From assembly GCA_951406725.2 (NCBI GenBank), contig OX597815.1, positions 115,568,001 through 115,632,000 of the forward strand: 64,000 nt of DNA, given 5' to 3'. Numbering within the stretch: position 1 is the first letter of the stretch; each line of letters opens with the position of its first letter. Of this stretch, positions 52,971 to 64,000 are shown one piece after another. The notes below the pieces were generated by a model. That model made no database searches, had not been told where the DNA came from, and saw only the letters and a program-made list of their open reading frames with translations. The stretch is from Octopus vulgaris (taxonomy: Eukaryota). Both the position numbers and the translations under genes were made by a program.

Positions 52971-53654
52971 CAGTTAGCTCTGTTTGTGTATTCTTGTGAC
53001 ATGAGGTTAACCATTTAAAGTACTATTGAAATGACATTCTATAAATGACCACCTCACCTTTGTTCTTAGACATTCTAAATTTTTGGACTTAATGTTGGTT
53101 ACAATTTTGAGCAGAGAATCAGCCAATATGATATCTACATGGTTAGATATAGTAGCTAACCTGTTAGATATAGTAGCCAAATCTGCCTCAAATCAGACCA
53201 AAACATCATCATTGTCGTCATCATTGTTTAATGTCTGTTGGATGGTTCAATAGGAGCTGGCCAGACTCCAAACTGTCTGTTGTGGCATGGTTTCTACAGC
53301 TAGATGCACTTCCTAATACCAATCACTTTACAGAGTGTCCTGAGTGCTTTTTACATGGCACTGGAACTTGTAAAGGACAAGCCTGTATGTATGGATTCTA
53401 AAAAAGAAATGATACACTAGATAACATAGTAATAGATAGACTAGAGGAAATGGTTGGAATGCCTTTGATCAAAGATCTACTCAATCAAACCTGATCTGGA
53501 GTTAAGCAAAATTTAATGAGTATATAAATCTGATTGAGTTAAAACAGAAAATAGAAATGGGTTAGGAAGAAACGTTATAAAAAGTCTTTGGAATATTTCA
53601 TTACATAAATAACAACACTCAAAATGTTTAAATGATAGTTGATTGTAAAATCTG

Positions 53655-53995
53655 TACTTTATTAATAATATGAGAGAAATAAACATTGGAGATGCTTCAC
53701 TCCATGCAGAAACTGCAGGAGATACTCAGATATTGCAAGCTCTTCTGATACAGTACATTGTTGGAAACTTTTCTGTAACATCAGCAGGAACCTCAGAGTC
53801 ACAAGCATTTTGTTCCTTAGCCTGTACACTTCACCTGAATGAAACAGTGAGGGATGAATTAGTCTTCACCTGCCAAAGGGTTCCAACTGTGGTCTTTTGT
53901 CAACCGAAGTCACCTCAAACTAGTTTCAGCTGCCATGCTTATCTCCTTGGTGGCTTTCATCAGTTGTCTGGATTTCAGACAGCCACTGCAGGAAA
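53655..53995 (-). mobile_element. 3' end of a HERO/NeSL-type RLE non-LTR retrotransposon
   Basis: Minus strand KATKEISMAAETSLR*LRLTKDHSW (cf. AAExxSxWLW), then a 3' UTR with AATAAA. Confidence 0.5.
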
Positions 53996-54568
53996 TTTGT
54001 TGTATATATTATTTTACTTTTATTTCTATTTTCTTATTTTTAGATACTTTAATTAATATTAGAGATATTCTTAATGAGTTCTTGGTAGAGTGTATTTTTT
54101 TTTTCAGTCTTTGTGAATTCTAATTAAGCATTTAAACAGTGTTCATTATGAAGTTTTTACTCCTTATATAAACAGAATTAACACTGGATCATCATATGGC
54201 ACTATTTACCTTCTAGTTTCATACAGAATTTTAATGATAAGGGGTGTAAACATTTAAACATTTAAAACACTCATCTTGTCAAACTGCCTCACAAAAATAA
54301 AGCTTTCTCTTCAGGACCAGAAAATATTTTAGAATACTACTCACATTTCTGGAATGAAGAATCTCCTGTAACTACAAACACACAAACATTTTAATATTGC
54401 ATCCAACAGTAAAAGCCATCTCATTGATTAACAAACATTCATTCACCATTTTTATTTAGGTTCTTCGCACCAGCAACTAATATTATTTCAAATGGGCTTG
54501 CATCTTATTTCAGAAAAATCAAAGCTGAAAGTTGCTTATTATTATTATTATCATCATCATCATCATCA

Positions 54569-54606
<38 letters not shown>

Positions 54607-54940
54607 CACCACACAATTTATATTTCTACTTCTTTTTTTTTTGCAATATGAATGAATGAGGTTTTTTTTTCTCTTTCATATGCACATTTCATTTGTTTTG
54701 CTCGCTTTTTACATAAATGTACATCATGAAAGAAATAATCTTTTTTTAAACATTTATTTTAAGTTAGCTTCAATGTTTTATAATAATTATTTCAGATTTA
54801 CAGCGCTATAATCTCTAGGGTTTTTTTATTTAAATATTTTTTTCAATTTTATTTTTGAAAAATAAATTATTTTCTATGCTGTATTTGAAGCTTTATATTC
54901 TTGATTAGCATTACACCATTTTTATTGCACTGTGCTTCAG

Positions 54941-54955
54941 CAAGGATGTCATGAG
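54941..54955 (+). CDS. Candidate 15-nt unc-80 microexon (QGCHE)
   Basis: tttttatTGCactgTGCttcAG | CAAGGATGTCATGAG | GTAAGG; phase 0-0, compatible with exon 21. Confidence 0.55.
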
Positions 54956-55237
54956 GTAAGGGTCATTCTTGTTCCATATATATATACATATATATCTAAC
55001 ATTTAGCTCTGCTCTTCACAGTCACAGCACATTTGCCTTTAGGTCGGTATTAACTGCATCTGCTCAAACTGCCACTACTGCTGCTGTTGCTGCTACTGCT
55101 GCTCTCAATGTTTGCTGCCAAGTTTCAAGTTTTTGTAAACCATCATCATCATCATCACCATCTCCACCATTGTCATCACTACCACTGTTATTGTTACTCA
55201 TTTTAATTCACTCCATCTCATACATTGTCCAAAGTGG

Positions 55238-55249
55238 TTGTTATTGTTG

Positions 55250-55280
<31 letters not shown>

Positions 55281-55316
55281 CATTATTATTACTACTACTA
55301 CTACTACTACTACTAC

Positions 55317-55372
<56 letters not shown>
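55238..55372. repeat. (TTA)n/(CTA)n compound microsatellite (similar tracts at 13357-13415, 13602-13704, 54537-54604)
   Basis: Direct observation. Confidence 0.95.
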
Positions 55373-55373
<1 letters not shown>

Positions 55374-55977
55374 GCTTATTCAGAAATAGATCTGAAGCTA
55401 CTATTTGTTTTGTTTTGTTGAATTGATTTTTTGATTTTTGCTACAGCTTGCTGTTAATAGAGCAATATAGAATTCCTCTGCTCCTGGAAGCTTCTATTAT
55501 TTCCAATAAACAATGTGTCTTCTGTTGCCATTTTTACTGTTCAACTTCAAAAACAACCATAAATATCTATTCTAGTAACCCATAAAATATTTATTTATAT
55601 GACGAAATGTGTAATTTGTATTCAACACTCTAAATTTTAATATTTGGTCCATTAATAAATTTTCTCTTTTGTTTTTCTATCATACTAAAAAAATCATTTG
55701 AACTCCAATTATTTTTATAATGAGATATCAATTATAAAGAAATTTTTAAAGTTACATTTTATGATTCAAAAGACAAATTCAGAAGGAATTTTTCCTAAGT
55801 TTCTATTAACTCGTTAACATTTGAACAGGTCATATCCAACCCAAATATTCAGCTTGTTTTATATTCAGACTGGTCAGATGATGCTTTTCACACCTATCCT
55901 ACAATGTCATTCTAAAAATAAACAATCATTTCATCAGAATTTCAGAGCTGCAAAATAATGCACGATTAATTCAAAAC

Positions 55978-56498
55978 TAACTCAATTATTCAATTGTGCT
56001 CTTGCTCAATGGAGCTGAGGTCATTCCAGGTTAGTGATCCCAGAGGTGTCATCATGTGTAGAGCCAACCAAGTCTGCCAGCAACCCCTATTGCTGGCAGA
56101 CCCATGCCAGCCCTTCTACATCCTCCAAAATGACATCAGGCCTCTTGACATCTTCCTTACTCACGGCCAGCTATCTAGTTCAGGGCCTGCCATAGAGCCT
56201 CTTCCAGCCTGCAGCTTCTGTGTCAAGCAAGTGTAAGGCCTTGATAGAATGATCTGGCCGGAAGTGGAAGACTTGTCTGTTCCAGTGAATGTAGTGCATG
56301 GCTATGAGGTGGAAGGCTGTGAGCTGATGTGCGCATGCACATAGCTCTTCGTTGGAAATGTGATGGCACCATCTGATGTTCTCAATGGTTCTCAGAGCTA
56401 TGCTATCAAAATCATCAATCTCCTTTGCCAGGGTCTGCATGAGGTGCTATGTTTCTGTTCTATAGAGGAGAACAGAGAGGATCAATGCTTTCTAAATG
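55978..56498 (-). mobile_element. RTE-clade LINE 3' fragment inserted in a piggyBac-like MITE (host ~55813-56555)
   Basis: Minus strand KALILSVLLY.TET...FDSIALRTIENIRWCHHISNEEL...GRP; CAAAAC repeated at 55972-77 and 56499-504. Confidence 0.75.
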
Positions 56499-57749
56499 CA
56501 AAACAAAGTGAATAAATAAGCATTATATTTGACAGTAATCCAAATGCTAAATGGTTTCTTCTTCCTCTGATTAAAATACTAAAAGAAAATAAAACAATTA
56601 ATATAGATTTGTCCAGCCAAAATCTATTCATTGAATTATCCAGCAAGAGTACTATCTAAACCTTAAGCAGTAATATTTCTTCCACTTCCTTTAATGCCTC
56701 GCCTTGTTCATCTTCTATCACCCTAATCTGCCCTTTTGGTTACATTGACTTCAACAAATGAAGACAACATAGAGTAGTGTAGACTCTTTCATCTTGCTAG
56801 GTACAAGGTTACCTCACTGGTGCTGGTACCACAATAAAATGTAGCCAGTACACTCTGCAAATGGGTTGGTGATCAAGTGGAAACAATGTACAGTCAAAAT
56901 GACTTTAGTCGTGTCAAAAATGTAACATCATCTCTAGTGCTGGTGCATGTTAAAATTATATCTGTAAAGTATTTGGTGTTAGAAAAGAGATCAAACCATA
57001 GATATAAAACTGAAAGTGAAATGTATAAACAAGACATAGGCCCTCAAGAAATGACTCAGATTGACTTTCCATTGGTTAAAATTAAAAATGACTTCAATTG
57101 GCTAATTAGTATTTTACCGATAAATATACTAGCTTTGTTTATTTTTAAAGAAAAACAATGGAACATTCATATTACTACAAAACTGTGTCTTTATTGCAAC
57201 CCCTTTTTCTTGGTAATACTTTTGCTATAAACAGCAAATAAGTGGGTGTTTTGAGGTTTCTTTTTTCTTTCTTTCCTGAACCATAAGATTAGTTATGGGT
57301 TTATTATTTCAAATTTGTAAATTTGCTGTTGTATATTTTTCATTTATTCAACTACAGTTTCTTTCTCAACATTTTATTATCCACACTCTTCTCTGAAGTT
57401 GTCAGAAAGCAACCACTAATCTGTAACTTCACTGTACCCTTAATTAGTTTATCACTCAACTTGAATTGGGATATCTATAATGATTACAATTTGACTATCA
57501 GTAATTCATTTGCAACTAATCTGTATTCACTGACCTTGATGTTACCTTTAAAATTCACTTCTTTCATTCAACAGAATGGTTTGGATATAGAAAAATCTAA
57601 GAAAGTTCAATGCTACATATTTTAAAATATAAATAAGAGAAACTAATTAAATCTATCATTTTAAAAATGTTTTTACTGTTGTAATAATTATTTAGGAATA
57701 TTGTAAAATCCCTTGGAAGGTTAAACTTTTCAAACATCTCTCACTATTC

Positions 57750-58075
57750 TTAAGGCAGTTGTGAGGGTAGAGTCCTCAAACACTTCCTCCATCTGGTCCT
57801 CTCAAAAGCAATTGTATAGAGGTCTCCTACCAGTTGGCTTAACTTGAAGACTCTGTCTTGCATTTCTTTCTTGTGACATTTTAATGATGTCTGTTGTGCT
57901 GGAGCTATAACTTCTCAATGTATTGAAGTAATGACTCAATCTGGAAAGATTCCCTGATCTCTGAGTTATGCACCCTGTTGAGTAACATTACTTCAGAGAT
58001 CCTTTGAAAAAACTTCATTTCAGCCACTTGTATTCATAATCATATTCTTTCAATCCTTACCCAACATTCCAGACC
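57750..58075 (-). mobile_element. Decayed RTE LINE fragment
   Basis: Minus strand IQVAEMKFFQRISEVMLLNRVHNSEIRESFQIE. Confidence 0.55.
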
Positions 58076-58490
58076 AGTAATTTCGAGGGGCCAAGTCAAT
58101 TACATTGATTCTACTACTTGACTGGTACTTTATTTTATCAACCCCAAAAGGATGAAAGTTGATGCCAGTAGAATTTGAACTCAGAATGTAACCCATCAAA
58201 AGTGCCATTATGTCTGATGTGTTACTGATTCTGCTACCTCTAATGCTTCTAAAATATTGTTAATATCTCATAAAGTTTTGCCCTATTCATTAAGAATAAA
58301 GTGGGTTTTTTTTCTTCCACTTATAATTTTAGATTAGTCAAATACTTCATATTGCTTTGATATAAATGATTTCAGAAAATAATTTCTACTTTTACTTAGT
58401 TACAAATGACAACTTTCTTGAGTTCTACTGTAACATATACTCAAAATTTATATATCTGGCTATTTATCTTAAGTCAGAAGATTAAAAGAA

Positions 58491-58539
<49 letters not shown>

Positions 58540-59246
58540 TTTTATCTCCTACCATTATCAGAAAATATCATCATGATGCACTGAAGCTTGGAAATCAGAT
58601 TCAGGCAGACCTACCAATTGTAGTGATTAACCTTATATACAGTTTTAATTCATGAGAGAATTTGTGCATGCCAACACAATTCAGCTTGTGATTTTGGAAA
58701 TAGTTTTAATCAATCAGTTTGATAATAGAATTGTTGTCAATTTGTTCAGTAATAAGTGAAGTTAGAAATCTGTAAATTTTATAAGGGAAAACAAACAAAT
58801 AAGTTTTTTAAAAATCATAAGCAGTGTTTTGGTGTTTTTGTTCTTTTTTTTTTTCATTATAATTCAGACTGTTTCTCAACAGACATCTAATGATACATGT
58901 ACAGTCCACTTATAAAAAATATTTCCATTCAATGAAGCTATTCATCTCTGCTTAAAATGTATCGTTGATTTCCATTTGTTTCTACCCAAATACTTCATTG
59001 ATATCAATTTAATATAATTAAACTAATTATCAATTTATTTTGCTTTATACTATTTACACTATTTACATTGGACAGATGTGTATCCTCATCTTGTTTGTTG
59101 TTACCACAATGTTTCAGCTGATTCACTCTCCAGCCTTCATTAGGTGTCCTTGTAGAATTTTGAACCCAACCTGGGTTTTGATTCCCAATGTATTTTTGCT
59201 GTTGTTGTTATGATTATGATTATTATTATTATTATTATTTATTCAA

Positions 59247-59318
59247 GGCACTGCCTGGAATTGAACTCGTAATCTTGGGGTTAGTAGCCTGTGCTCTTAA
59301 CCATTACGCTATATGCCC
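59247..59318 (-). promoter_or_regulatory. tRNA-derived Pol III head (A box TAGCGTAATGG, B box GAGTTCAATTCC); pseudo-tRNA
   Basis: GGGCATATAGCGTAATGGTTAAGAGCACAGGCTACTAACCCCAAGATTACGAGTTCAATTCCAGGCAGTGCC resembles a degenerate cloverleaf. Confidence 0.7.
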
Positions 59319-59434
59319 ATAGGCAAGATTATGAGTTCAATTCTAGGTAGTGCCTTGAATAAATAATAATAATAACATCAGCAAAAATACCTTAGGAATG
59401 AGAAACCAGGGTTGGGTTCAAAATTCTACCAGGA

Positions 59435-59476
59435 CACCTGATGAGGGCTGGAAAGTAAATCAGCTGAAACGTAGTA
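59435..59476 (+). ncRNA. Minimal hammerhead-like motif
   Basis: CAC-CTGATGA-g-GGCTG-gaaagtaaat-CAGCT-GAAA-CG-TA^-GTA; short palindromic stem III (ACGT), weak stem I. Confidence 0.55.
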
Positions 59477-60414
59477 ACAATAAACAAGATGAGAATACAT
59501 ATCTGTACAATGTAAACAATATACAGAATTCCACATCTCAAAAATATAGAACGTTATTTTGCTTTATCTTATTTTTGTTACAAAAACATTTTATCCAAGA
59601 TAATCACACTTAATACTGAAATAAAAGCAATCTCAAAAAAGCTGAACTTTTTAACCCAACATAGTTATACCCTACTGGCTGTAGTAACTAGTAAAAGGGC
59701 ATTCCTTTCATCAAATGTTTCTCTGCTTATTTTGCTCTAAATAAGATCGACCCCAAATTGCATTCCTTCATTGATATTTGCTTCAGTACTTATTTAGTGC
59801 AGTATTATTTTCTTATTCATGTATTTACTTTCAGTACCTCTCCAGAAACTAGTACTGCTTTTGTGCATGTCCATGATAGTATTTATGGATTTTAAACACT
59901 AGATGCTGTTGAGCTTTAGGAAACAATATCTATTGTATGCATTAGCAGTATAGAACTGTATGAAACCAATGATGCATCAAAAAGTGCATGATTTATGAAT
60001 TTTGCAAATGTCAGCATCATATTTTCAACTGAAAAAAAATTGTTCACAATATAAAATACAAAATAAAAAACAATGCCTGTTCTTTTGAAGTAGTCATAGT
60101 TAAGCTTCAAGACAAGAAAATAGACTGGTAGATTTAGAAGTCCTTTGTAATTCACTTTATATGTTGTTGTTGTTATTCATGTTGTTAAGAAGCTTCATCA
60201 CTCTAATCATACTCAGCTTAATCACTCTAACCATACTTTGCAATATAATTCTGAGATTATTGAAAGAGAATTGGTTTCATATTGGTAATACAGGGTAGTA
60301 TGTAAAACCAGTTTCCTACTACCCCTCTTCACTTATATATACTTTTACATGCATATTCATACACAATATTTAGCCCCTCCCTAGAAAAACCAACTACTTA
60401 TTATCACCTAAAGC

Positions 60415-60795
60415 AGTGCTTTTCAAACTATCTGATGTGGCATACCGGCAGTTTTTTTGTTTGTTTTTTTTCCAGTGTGCCAGGGACTTGTAATATTTCT
60501 TAGTAATATTAATTTATACCGGAAATAATATATATAATGAATATAATAAAAGTTGACAATTTTTTTTCATCTTATATTTATTTTGTAAACAAATAATACA
60601 GTATTACATAGCACTTTATAAATGGGGCCATTTGGAGCTCGAGGGCGGTGTTTTGGAGCAAAGGGGCACTAGAGAGCATTAAGAGACTTGTAGGGTACTG
60701 GAAGACACTCATCTTTGATAAGTTTAATTTAAAATTTACGAGTAGGAGCCACATTTTCACATCTCTGTGATAGTCAGTTTAAAAAAAAACATGCC
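60415..60795. mobile_element. hAT (Charlie-like) non-autonomous element, degraded
   Basis: Starts CAGTGCTTTTCAAACT; right end is a degenerate AGTTT.AAAAA.CA.TG. Confidence 0.4.
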
Positions 60796-61262
60796 TTTTT
60801 GTTTCAAATTTTCAAAAACTTAAAAAACACATTTTCCATTTTGGACGACACCAAGCAAATTCCTGGTACCATGTGTAACTGGTGTCACTAAAGTGAAACC
60901 CCCAAAACAAAAACTAAAAACAGATGAATAGTGACAAACGACTAAAAGAAAAATAAGTAATGAATAAAAGCAAAAAGCTAACTCTGTGTGTGTGTGTGTT
61001 TGTGTGCAAATATATAAAGTATGGTGGTCAGAATTTTGGATCAAACTGACTTTTGGGGGTGGCTAATAGGTATGTATTTGTGTATGTGTGTCTATGTATG
61101 GGTATGTTTGTATGTATATGATTGCGTGTGTTGCCATTTTGAATTCCTTCTACGATTGAACTTAAATTGACCCCTGGCTATTAAAGACCCAACAACACAC
61201 ACACACACACAACACATTTGTTTTAGGTTTTGTACCCATTTGAACTGTGGCTATACACCAGA

Positions 61263-61435
61263 TAACATGGTAAGTCTTATGTTCTGAAATTTAAATTTTG
61301 AATTTGTTTTAATTATAAAATTACACCCCAGCTGAAAACACATCTTCTATAACATGGTAAGTCTTATGTTCTGAAATTTAAATTTTGAATTTGTTTTAAT
61401 TATAAAATTACACCCCAGCTGAAAACACATCTTCT
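61263..61435. repeat. 87-bp direct tandem duplication
   Basis: taacatggtaagtcttatgttctgaaattt...gaaaacacatcttct occurs twice, near-identical. Confidence 0.92.
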
Positions 61436-61753
61436 GGCTTTGGAAAACAGAACCTTTTCTTTCTCTTTCTATATTTAGAATTTCTCTGGTCAGGATTTTC
61501 TAATTCTCTGTATGGATAGAAGCATTTAAAAAAAATTAAAATTCATAGAGCTGAACAAAATCAAAAGTATCTATTTTAATCGTAATGATGAAGAGGAGTA
61601 AGCAGTTTCCCTTTCCTGAATACTAACAAGAGCATAGTATGAGGGAGATTTGGGTGTTATTTCTAGCAAATTGAACAACTACACAGAGTACCTCATTGGC
61701 TCATTTGTTGATGTGTATGAGTAAACAAAAACTATAGGAAAAACACACTACAA

Positions 61754-61813
<60 letters not shown>

Positions 61814-62224
61814 GTATGAGCAGAATTATGATTAAACACATGCTAAAACCTCTCATAACTTTTGTACTTTTACAAATTTTTACAAAATATTTTCCATTCT
61901 GTATTCTGCATAATAGAATTGATATAATTATGCAAAGAACGCTGGTCTCCTACTCACAACGCATTACGATGTTGATTTCTTTAATTCCCCACAGCTTGGT
62001 TTTAAAGGGGGAGAAGCAAACAGTGCAGCTGTGAATCTACCATCCGCCGCCATCGACATTTCTCTTTATCATTAAAATGGAATAAAAAATGATGTTAAAT
62101 ACTTTTATGGAAGAAATTCAATTGGTAGTCTTCACATTTTTTCACATGATCCTGGACTTTATATGTGAAATTCCTGTGACATGCTGCATGTCCATCAGCA
62201 ATATTAGCAGATAGACAGCCATTC

Positions 62225-62345
62225 AGTGGTACAACATATAGTCCAAGTAGATGAAAGTCTTCTTTTTGAGATGAGAAAGGAATTTGAAAGAGTGGTGAAG
62301 AAGTTTTGGATACTTCTGATTGTCATAACCGATGGTGTGCCAGTT
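62225..62345 (+). mobile_element. Merlin/ISXO2-like transposon remnant
   Basis: HIVQVDESLL resembles the Merlin VQIDES catalytic motif; followed by a probable element end abutting a microsatellite. Confidence 0.35.
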
Positions 62346-62400
62346 TTTTATGTGTGTATGTGTGTGTATAAAGATATAATTAAAACAGTGCATATACACC

Positions 62401-62452
<52 letters not shown>

Positions 62453-62634
62453 AAACAAAGTATAATAGTGTGAATTTTCTAAAACTCTTTTAGGGACAAG
62501 CAGTTTTCACAATGAATTCCAATTTAATTGGAATCTACATGACCTGAAGCATATTTGTAGAAAAGAAATATGTAATTTTCTCAAGGTTGTGAAGAAGCAG
62601 ATGTTTGGGGTACAATTGTGTAGATATGCTGAAA

Positions 62635-62703
<69 letters not shown>

Positions 62704-64000
62704 GATGTATATAAAATTAACTCTGTAAAAATGTATGTGTGTATGTATATATATTTGTATGTTTCTGTATACATTTATACATGTTTATGTATGAGTATCA
62801 GAAGATATTAGAATAATGGAATAAAAATCAGTCATAATAAGAGATCACCCAAAAACCTATTTCCTTAATTTTTAACACATATTTAAGCAATTTTGATATT
62901 GATTTTAAAAATTATTTGGAAATTATAAAGAGAAATGACTGGTAGATTCAAACTGTCCCTATTTTAAAATGAATTAAAAAATTTTGCGTGTGTCAAATTT
63001 TTTCTCCAGAAGTTCATGGCTTCATAGGAATAAGCATGGAAAACTGCATCAAGATAACCAATTGTCAGATTTTTTACTTCCTTTTAAAAAATGCAGATTT
63101 TGTGAATGAGACAAACTAGATCCTGAATAAGAAATGAATGTTTAATATGACAAATTTTTTCAGATTTTTTACGTCATTTTAAAAGGAGGCTGATTTTGTG
63201 ACTCAAACTAACTAGATCTAAGTACAGTGAATGCCATCCTCCACAATTTGCTACTCATATGAAGTACATATGTATTTCAACTATTCCTATCAAATACACT
63301 CTCTTTCTTGAGTATAAAAAATCCTCTTCCCAGGTGACAATAACTTATATATCAGATTGTTGCATAAGTTCTAGCTGTTTTGATAAGGGAAATCAGAAAG
63401 GTTTGGAATGATTTCATCAGCATTTACTTGTACCAAAGAGCACTCTTTCAATAGACAGCATATTGATCTCATAAGTATTGTGTGGTGGAAATAAATGCAA
63501 TCACCAAACTTTCAATTCATTATTTCGGTTTTTTTTTTTGCATTTCAATTTGTACATCTGTACTCCTGACTGCATACAAGTGCATATGTAAGATAACATC
63601 CTTTATTTTTCAATCATTATCTGCTGATATCAAAATAAGTAGTATATTGAAAAATAAAAATATTTTCTAGGGTGTGGGGGAATTTGTAACTCCAAGGGTC
63701 AAAAGGGGACCTTTGGTCAAAATGGGCTGAGAACCTTTGATCTAGAACATTGTTTCTTCTTCTCACAGTTAGCAAAGTATATAAGTAAAACAAGAATGTC
63801 ACTCTGTGTATTTACATCTGGGTTGGTAGTTTAAGCTACTAGGACTGTAACTGAAGAAATTAAAATGAACTAAGTCTGTTATATGCAATAGAAGCAGTAT
63901 GAAATTAAAATAGTCATCTATGTATCATCTTGAATGTACATATATGGTTGAAAGCCAATTTACTGCCGCATTCATCCAGAGATAACATCTATGCACATGC

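Larger units (their letters stand above)
59050..59523. mobile_element. Fold-back element with tRNA-derived head and hammerhead motif
   Basis: Arms ~59050-59277 and ~59324-59523; tRNA-like 59247-59318(-); hammerhead cores at 59435-59476(+) and, mutated, 59105-59146(-). Confidence 0.75.

Noticed and set aside
53670-54056. 128-aa plus-strand ORF as the next unc-80 exon
   Set aside because: No UNC80 similarity or convincing splice sites; it is the antisense of a LINE 3' end.
54969-55421. 150-aa ORF with poly-A/S/Y
   Set aside because: Low-complexity trinucleotide repeats.
55447-55510. Alternative terminal exon (LAVNRAI* followed by AATAAA)
   Set aside because: Signals are too common in AT-rich sequence to support without transcript data.
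59247-59318. Functional tRNA-Ser(ACT) gene
   Set aside because: Mismatched anticodon and acceptor stems, unusual anticodon, embedded in a repeat; treated as a SINE-type head.

Overview
AT-rich, microsatellite- and repeat-dense animal genomic DNA. The SINE and MITE families and the (TA)n/(TAA)n load suggest Octopus or another coleoid cephalopod (inference). The window lies inside one large + strand gene, unc-80 (NALCN sodium-leak channel complex subunit). I can splice 21 GT-AG exons from 20945 to 50035 into an uninterrupted 2339-nt frame (~780 aa); the gene extends beyond both window ends. Almost all ORFs in the supplied track are microsatellite or TE noise. Introns hold a deleted mariner, a solo LTR nested in a piggyBac-like MITE, R4/Dong, CR1, RTE, Tx1, HERO, Vingi and Penelope fragments, and several SINE families. 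Two things stand out. (1) Several long fold-back elements, mostly (TA)n-adjacent, three of which carry minimal type I hammerhead-ribozyme motifs on the unc-80 sense strand; one also has a tRNA-derived Pol III head. (2) Frame-compatible candidate cassette exons and microexons, notably a 15-nt UGC-preceded microexon at 54941-54955. All calls were made by eye; no searches or folding programs were run.
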